Positions 26,474 through 32,000 of a DNA stretch of 32,000 nt are shown here, in pieces. The notes under the pieces were generated by a model. The model made no database searches, was not told the origin of the DNA, and saw only the letters and a program-made list of their open reading frames with translations. The stretch is taken from positions 1 through 32,000 of the forward strand of contig NZ_CP135030.1 of the NCBI RefSeq assembly GCF_039393905.1, given 5' to 3'. This DNA comes from Buchnera aphidicola (Mindarus japonicus) (lineage in GTDB: Bacteria; Pseudomonadota; Gammaproteobacteria; Enterobacterales; Enterobacteriaceae). A program made the position numbers and the translations under genes. How positions within the stretch are numbered: position 1 is the stretch's first letter; each line of letters begins with the position of its first letter.

Positions 26474-28744
26474 ATGACAGTATTTAATCATATACTTGGA
26501 TTTCCAAGAATTGGATCAAAGAGAGAGTTAAAAAAAGCTCAAGAAGAATATTGGTCTGGTAAGATAACAAAAAAAGAATTATTATTTGTAGGAAAAAAGT
26601 TACGAAAAGAAAATTGGAAACAGCAAAAAAAATATGGAATTGATTTTTTACCTGTAGGAGATTTTTCTTGGTATGATCATGTGTTGACAACAAGCATGTT
26701 TTTGGGAAATATACCTGATCGACATAAAAATTCCGATTCTTCTATAGATATAGATACAATGTTTCGTATTGCTCGTGGTTCAGCTCCAAAAGGAAAGCCT
26801 GTTTCTGCCTCTGAAATGACAAAATGGTTTAATACTAATTATCATTATATAGTTCCTGAATTTCATAAAAATCAAGAATTTTCTTATTCTTGGAATCAAT
26901 TGTTAGAAGAAGTTGATGAGGCTCTATCATTAGGATATAAAATTAAACCAATTTTATTAGGACCTTTAACATATTTATGGTTAGGGAAAATTAAAGGAGA
27001 TTATTTTAATCGAATTGACTTATTACATAAAATTTTACCAATTTATAAACATATTTTAAAAGAATTATCTGATAGAGGAATTTCTTGGGTTCAGATAGAT
27101 GAGCCAATTTTAGGATTAGAATTATCTAACAAATGGAAGGAAGGTTTTAAATTTGCTTATCGATTTTTAGGTCATCATAAAAATTTGTTGTTAACAACTT
27201 ATTTTGAAGATGTTAGTCTTAATTTAGATTTAATAGTACAATTACCTATTGCTGGATTACACATCGATTTGTTTTCTGGTAGTTATGATTTGTTGGCTTT
27301 AAATAAAAAGTTACCTGAAGATTGGCTATTATCTTTAGGGGTGGTAAATGGAAGAAATATTTGGAAAACAGATTTACTTTACTGGTTTGAAAAAATTATT
27401 CAAATAGTAAGTAAAAGAAAAAATATTTGGATTGGCTCGTCTTGTTCATTATTGCACTCTCCTATTGATTTAAACCTTGAAAAAAATTTAAGTCAAGAAA
27501 TAAAAAATTGGTTTGCTTTTGCTTTGCAAAAATGTTTTGAATTGTCTATGCTTACAAAATCTTTAAATAATAAAGATATAACTGGAATTAAAGAATGGAG
27601 TGAATTACTTCATACTAGAAATATTTCTAAATTTGTTCATAATAAAGATGTTCAACATAGGTTAGAAAACCTTAATTCTCAAAGTTTAGATAGAAAAAGT
27701 GCTTATGCAGCTCGTTATTTAGAACAAAAAAAAGCTTTAAAACTACCAATCTTTCCTACTACAACTATAGGTTCTTTTCCTCAGACAGAAGATATTAGAA
27801 AAGTAAGAAGAGATTTTAAAAATGGATTGGTTACAATTGAAGATTATAATGAACATATTAAAAATAATATAAAAAAAGTAATTTTAGAACAAGAATCATT
27901 AGGAATTGATGTATTAGTTCATGGAGAAGTTGAACGAAATGATATGGTGGAATATTTTGGGGAAAATTTAAACGGATTTGCTTTTACTGATTATGGTTGG
28001 GTGCAAAGTTATGGTTCTCGTTGTGTTAAACCTCCTATAATTATAGGAGATATCTATCGAACCAAACCCATTACTGTTAAATGGTCTAAATATGCTCAAT
28101 CTTTAACTAATAAACTAGTTAAAGGAATGTTAACAGGTCCAATAACTATTTTATGTTGGTCTTTTCCTAGAGAAGATGTTTCAAAAGAAACAATAGCTAA
28201 ACAAATTGCTTTAGCTTTACAAGATGAAGTGTTAGATCTAGAATCAGCGGGTATTAAAATTATTCAAATAGATGAACCGGCATTAAGGGAAGGTTTACCG
28301 TTAAGAAAACAAGATTGGAAGAAATATTTATCTTGGGCTGTCAAAGCTTTTAAATTAACATGTTTTGGTGTAAAGAATACTACTCAAATTCATACTCATA
28401 TGTGTTATTGTGAATTTGAAGATATTATGGATGCTATTGTACATTTAGATGCTGATGTTATTACGATTGAAACATCTCGTTCCGATATGCAATTATTAGA
28501 ATTTTTTAAAAATTTTAAGTATCCGAATGGTATTGGTCCTGGGGTATATGATATTCATTCACCTAATGTACCAAAAATTGAAGATATAAAAAATTTATTA
28601 ACAAAAGCATTAACTTATATTTCAAAAGAAAATTTATGGGTTAATCCTGATTGTGGTTTAAAAACAAGAACTTGGATTGAAACGAGAAAGGCTTTAAAGA
28701 ACATGGTACTTGCTGCTGAAAATATGCGGTTGGATACATTGTAA
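26474..28744 (+). CDS. metE: Cobalamin-independent methionine synthase MetE
   Basis: 756 aa with N-terminal [20 protein letters not shown] and the C-terminal Zn-site motifs HTHMCYCEF and NPDCGLKTR. It is full length relative to E. coli MetE. The last 88 nt, stop codon included, lie inside the palindrome at 28657-28914. Confidence 0.97.
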   Translation: MTVFNHILGFPRIGSKRELKKAQEEYWSGKITKKELLFVGKKLRKENWKQQKKYGIDFLPVGDFSWYDHVLTTSMFLGNIPDRHKNSDSSIDIDTMFRIARGSAPKGKPVSASEMTKWFNTNYHYIVPEFHKNQEFSYSWNQLLEEVDEALSLGYKIKPILLGPLTYLWLGKIKGDYFNRIDLLHKILPIYKHILKELSDRGISWVQIDEPILGLELSNKWKEGFKFAYRFLGHHKNLLLTTYFEDVSLNLDLIVQLPIAGLHIDLFSGSYDLLALNKKLPEDWLLSLGVVNGRNIWKTDLLYWFEKIIQIVSKRKNIWIGSSCSLLHSPIDLNLEKNLSQEIKNWFAFALQKCFELSMLTKSLNNKDITGIKEWSELLHTRNISKFVHNKDVQHRLENLNSQSLDRKSAYAARYLEQKKALKLPIFPTTTIGSFPQTEDIRKVRRDFKNGLVTIEDYNEHIKNNIKKVILEQESLGIDVLVHGEVERNDMVEYFGENLNGFAFTDYGWVQSYGSRCVKPPIIIGDIYRTKPITVKWSKYAQSLTNKLVKGMLTGPITILCWSFPREDVSKETIAKQIALALQDEVLDLESAGIKIIQIDEPALREGLPLRKQDWKKYLSWAVKAFKLTCFGVKNTTQIHTHMCYCEFEDIMDAIVHLDADVITIETSRSDMQLLEFFKNFKYPNGIGPGVYDIHSPNVPKIEDIKNLLTKALTYISKENLWVNPDCGLKTRTWIETRKALKNMVLAAENMRLDTL

Positions 28745-28764
28745 TTTTGTATAGAAAAATGGTC

Positions 28765-28806
28765 AAAAAGAAGGCGCTTTTTTTATAAAAAAAGCGCCTT
28801 CTTTTT
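28765..28806. terminator. Bidirectional intrinsic terminator core at the palindrome centre (metE/purH convergent junction)
   Basis: AAAAAGAAGGCGC (28765-28777) pairs with GCGCCTTCTTTTT (28794-28806). The only GC-rich stem segment is flanked by an A-tract and a T-tract, the standard architecture of a two-way rho-independent terminator. Confidence 0.65.
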
Positions 28807-28826
28807 GACCATTTTTCTATACAAAA

Positions 28827-28914
28827 TTACAATGTATCCAACCGCATATTTTCAGCAGCAAGTACCATGTTCTTTAAAGCCTTTCTCGTTTCAATCCAAG
28901 TTCTTGTTTTTAAA
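28827..28914 (-). other. Inverted duplicate of the metE 3' end (last 29 codons plus stop), forming the distal part of the right palindrome arm
   Basis: The minus strand of 28827-28914 is identical to 28657-28744. It has no start codon or upstream ORF, so it is not an independent gene. Confidence 0.9.
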
Positions 28915-28943
28915 GGTAAAAGTATATTAATTTTAGTTATTTT

Positions 28944-30515
28944 TTAGTGTTTAAAATGACGAAAATTAGTAAAAATCATGGTCATGTGACACTTATCAGC
29001 TTCTTTTTTTACCTCTTGATCTCTAATAGACCCACCTGGTTGTATAACAGTTTTTATATTCAATTTATTCGCTTCTTTAATTGAATCTGAAAAAGGTAAA
29101 AATGCATCAGATGCCATAATTATATTATTATATTTTTTTTTGTTTTGATTTAATAATTTCATATTAGCAACTTTAACAGAACATAATCTACTTGTTTGTC
29201 CTGCTCCTATACCTAAAGTAACTCTATTTTTTACATAAACAATGCCATTTGATTTAATAAATTTGACTATTTTCCAAGCAAAAATAGCATCTTTTTTTTC
29301 TTCTTCGGTAGGAATTCTTTTTGTAACAATTTTCCATTTTTTAACATCAATTGATAATTGATCTTTTTCTTGAATTAAAAGTCCATTTGTTACAGACTTA
29401 AAATCTAAAAAATTTTTTTTATTTGTGAAATAACCAACAGAAAGTAAGCGTATATTTGGTTTTTTTTTAAAAATTTTTAAAGCAGATGAAGTAATATCTG
29501 GAAAAATAATGACTTCAACGAATTGTTTGTTTAATATTTCTAAAGCAGTAACGGAATCTAAAATTTTATTAAAAGCAATAATTCCTCCAAATGCAGAAGA
29601 TGAATCACTTTCATAAGCTAATTTATAAGCTTGGTGTAAATTTTCTGCACTGGCTACACCACAAGGATTTCCATGTTTAATTATTACACAAGTAGGTTCA
29701 ATAAATTCCTTTACACATTCTAAAGCTATATCAGCATCATAAATATTATTTAATGATAACTTCTTCCCTTGAATTTTTTCTACATTTCCAATAGATCCAG
29801 AAAAAACTTTTTTTTCTGTATAAAAAGCTCCCTTTTGATGTTTATTTTCTCCATAAGAAAGATTTTTTTTCTTAAAAAATTGCATATTTAATATTGATGG
29901 AAAAGTTTCTTCTTTTTTTTTCAGTGAAGTAACTTTTTTTTTAAAAAAAGTAAATATTTTTTTTTCATACATAGCGGTGTATTCAAAAGCTTTCATAGCT
30001 AACCGCATTCTTTCATTTATAGATAATGTATTATTTTCCAAATGTTTATCAAATAGTAAATAATCTTTATTATCTACAAGAATTGAAATATGTTCATAAT
30101 TTTTAGCAGCAGCACGAACTATAGCTGGACCTCCTATATCAATATATTTTAGAATTTCTTTCATTTTTTCATTTTTCCAACTTTCTTTTTCATCAAAAGA
30201 ATAAAAGTTGGCTATTACTAGATCAAAAGGAATTATAGAATATTTTTTAATAATGTGATCATCTATTCCTTTTCTATATAAAACACCAGCATAAATTTGA
30301 TAATGTAAAGTTTTTAATCGACCATCCATAATTTCTGGAAAATTAATATAATCAGAAATGTTTGTAACATTTATTTTATTTTTTCTTAATATATTCGCAG
30401 TGCCTTCAGTAGAAAATAATTTAATGTTTTTTTTTATTAATTTTTTTGAAAATTCAACAATTCCTGATTTATCAAATACACTAATTAAGGCAGTTTTAAT
30501 ATTTTTTGATTTCAT
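28944..30515 (-). CDS. purH: Bifunctional AICAR transformylase / IMP cyclohydrolase PurH
   Basis: 523 aa with the N-terminal MGS-like ALISVFDKSGIVEF...STEGTA. Colinear with E. coli PurH. Confidence 0.95.
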   Translation of the reverse strand: MKSKNIKTALISVFDKSGIVEFSKKLIKKNIKLFSTEGTANILRKNKINVTNISDYINFPEIMDGRLKTLHYQIYAGVLYRKGIDDHIIKKYSIIPFDLVIANFYSFDEKESWKNEKMKEILKYIDIGGPAIVRAAAKNYEHISILVDNKDYLLFDKHLENNTLSINERMRLAMKAFEYTAMYEKKIFTFFKKKVTSLKKKEETFPSILNMQFFKKKNLSYGENKHQKGAFYTEKKVFSGSIGNVEKIQGKKLSLNNIYDADIALECVKEFIEPTCVIIKHGNPCGVASAENLHQAYKLAYESDSSSAFGGIIAFNKILDSVTALEILNKQFVEVIIFPDITSSALKIFKKKPNIRLLSVGYFTNKKNFLDFKSVTNGLLIQEKDQLSIDVKKWKIVTKRIPTEEEKKDAIFAWKIVKFIKSNGIVYVKNRVTLGIGAGQTSRLCSVKVANMKLLNQNKKKYNNIIMASDAFLPFSDSIKEANKLNIKTVIQPGGSIRDQEVKKEADKCHMTMIFTNFRHFKH

Positions 30516-30587
30516 AATTTTTTTATTCTTTTTAATATTTTTAAAAAATATAATTTAAATATAAGTTTTATATTTTTATAAAAATAA

Positions 30588-30604
30588 GAGGGCTAAATGC
30601 CCTC
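30588..30604 (-). terminator. Hairpin terminator downstream of hupA
   Basis: GAGGGC (30588-30593) pairs with GCCCTC (30599-30604) across a TAAAT loop. On the minus strand a T-rich stretch follows. It is an isolated GC stem 23 nt after the hupA stop. Confidence 0.65.
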
Positions 30605-30626
30605 ATTTATTTTAAGATTCTGGGCA

Positions 30627-30899
30627 TTATTTAACAGCTTCTTTTAAACTTTTACCTGAGGCAAAGCTTGGTATTTTTGTTGCAGAAATTTTAATTTCTT
30701 TTCCTGTTTGAGGATTTCTACCTATTCTTTCTGATCTATAATTTACTTTAAATGTTCCAAACCCGACTAGCTGTACTGTTTCTCCTTTTTTAAGAGAATT
30801 TGTAATCGTTGATAGAGTGGCTTCTAAAAAAATTTTAGTAGTAGTTTTAGGTAAATTGGTAATTTCAGAAACAATATCAATTAATTGAGCTTTATTCAT
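30627..30899 (-). CDS. hupA: DNA-binding protein HU-alpha
   Basis: 90 aa from the ATG at 30899 ([12 protein letters not shown], matching E. coli MNKTQLIDVIAE), with the HU signature [26 protein letters not shown]. The ORF-track start at 30926 is a 9-codon extension. Confidence 0.95.
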   Translation of the reverse strand: MNKAQLIDIVSEITNLPKTTTKIFLEATLSTITNSLKKGETVQLVGFGTFKVNYRSERIGRNPQTGKEIKISATKIPSFASGKSLKEAVK

Positions 30900-31408
30900 T
30901 TTTTTTTCCTTAATTAAATATTTCATTTAAAAATTTAAAAAGTATTAATACTATTTTTCTGAGTAGTTACATATTTTAAAGAATAAATTTTAATTAAATA
31001 TAAATAAAAGTGAGGTATATAAAATATATATTTTTATATAATTTCAAATCGTTTGAAAATTTTTAAGAAAGTATTTTTGTATTAATATTTTTGTGTTAAA
31101 AATAATAAACGTAAAATAAGTATTCATTATAGTTAAAGTTTTTAACTGTTAAAAATTTTTTATTTAATTTTTTTATAGAAATAAATTATTAATGTTTTTA
31201 AAGAATGTAAAAAGATACAATCTATTGTATAATTAATCATTATAATTTAGCAGAATTTTTTTACTAAATTAATATTTTACTATTTTAAAAAAGTTTAAAA
31301 ATTTATCATAGTATAATTGTATTGACTTTAAAAGTTTTAAAAAAATTAAAGCTTAAAAAAAATATATATATAAATATTTTTGTTATTATAAAAAAAATAG
31401 AGAAAAAA

Positions 31409-32000
31409 ATGAACATTATTAAAAATAAAAAACGATATCTTGCTAGAAAAGAAGCAAAAAAATTTATTGATACAATTAAAAGTACTACTTTTCCAAATTC
31501 TGAACGTGTTTATATTTCTGATAATAAAAAAAAAATATCTGTTCCGATGAAAAAAATTAATTTAACTATTAATTCTGATCATAATAATGTGTGTAAAACT
31601 GATAAAGTAAAACCAAAAAAAGATTTTATCTTAACTTACGATACATCAGGTCCTTACGGTGATAGTACAAAAAAAATTGATATATATCAGGGAATAAAAA
31701 AAACAAGAGAAGAATGGATTAATCTTAGAAATGATAGTATTTCATATACTAAAAAAATTACAAGTGATTGTTTAAATGAAAAAATAAAAATTTCTTCTAC
31801 TTTAAATTCTAATACTTTTAGGAAAGCAAAACCAAAGTTTGGTTTAACTCAAATGTATTATGCTAAAAGAGGAATCATTACTTCAGAAATGGAATTTGTC
31901 GCTGTTCGAGAAAATTTAAATCAGCAAAAAATAATTGATAAACGAATGAATCAACAGCATTCTGGAAACAATTTTAAAGATCAACAACATATAAAAATTA
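31409..32000 (+). CDS. thiC: Phosphomethylpyrimidine synthase ThiC (5' part, runs off the window end)
   Basis: Open frame from the ATG at 31409 to the window end, absent from the ORF track because it has no stop. The translation contains [27 protein letters not shown] and [24 protein letters not shown], colinear with E. coli ThiC ([51 protein letters not shown]). Confidence 0.88.
   Translation, partial: [197 protein letters not shown]

Larger units (their letters stand above)
28657..28914. repeat. Perfect 258-bp palindrome (two contiguous 129-nt inverted arms, centre between 28785 and 28786)
   Basis: I reverse-complemented 28657-28785 base by base and it equals 28786-28914 with no mismatch and no spacer. 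Complementarity stops at the flanks (28656 G against 28915 G). Confidence 0.97.

Noticed and set aside
28657-28914. The palindrome as a transposon, MITE or IS terminal inverted repeat pair, or as a CRISPR-like repeat
   Set aside because: The arms are contiguous with no internal cargo and no flanking direct repeats. One arm is functional metE coding sequence, and there is only one copy in the window. It is an inverted duplication, not a mobile element or array.
30927-31408. Small AT hairpins (for example TTCAAA-TCG-TTTGAA near 31045 and AGTTAAA-GTT-TTTAACT near 31131) as operators or an sRNA
   Set aside because: These are 6-7 bp all-AT stems, expected by chance in this composition. There is no GC support, no flanking promoter or terminator, and no conservation evidence available.

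Overview
Extremely AT-rich, gene-dense, fully syntenic core region of a reduced gammaproteobacterial insect endosymbiont. The gene order matches the start of Buchnera aphidicola-type chromosomes: mnmG(gidA)-atpBEFHAGDC-gyrB-dnaN-dnaA-rpmH-rnpA-yidD-yidC-mnmE-tRNAPhe-groES-groEL-epmB-efp-dnaC-rsmD-ftsY-rpoH-yigL-metE-purH-hupA-thiC. The organism call is an inference from synteny and composition. I annotate 30 protein-coding loci, one of them frameshifted, plus one tRNA, a sigma-32 type groE promoter and four hairpin terminators. I see no CRISPR array, mobile element, phage, toxin or defence gene, and no novel multi-gene system, so most of the window is ordinary housekeeping DNA. Two things need a second look. 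(1) A perfect 258-bp palindrome (two contiguous 129-nt arms, 28657-28914) is centred on the metE/purH terminator, and its left arm includes the last 88 nt of the metE coding sequence, stop codon included. (2) dnaA is split into two reading frames at a 12-nt poly(A) tract, and a single open frame is restored if the tract is 11 nt. Lesser points are a thiC gene behind a 480-bp AT-only spacer with no recognisable TPP riboswitch, loss of metR, yigM, dnaT, recF, rsmG and atpI from their ancestral positions, and several 10-nt homopolymers inside intact genes.
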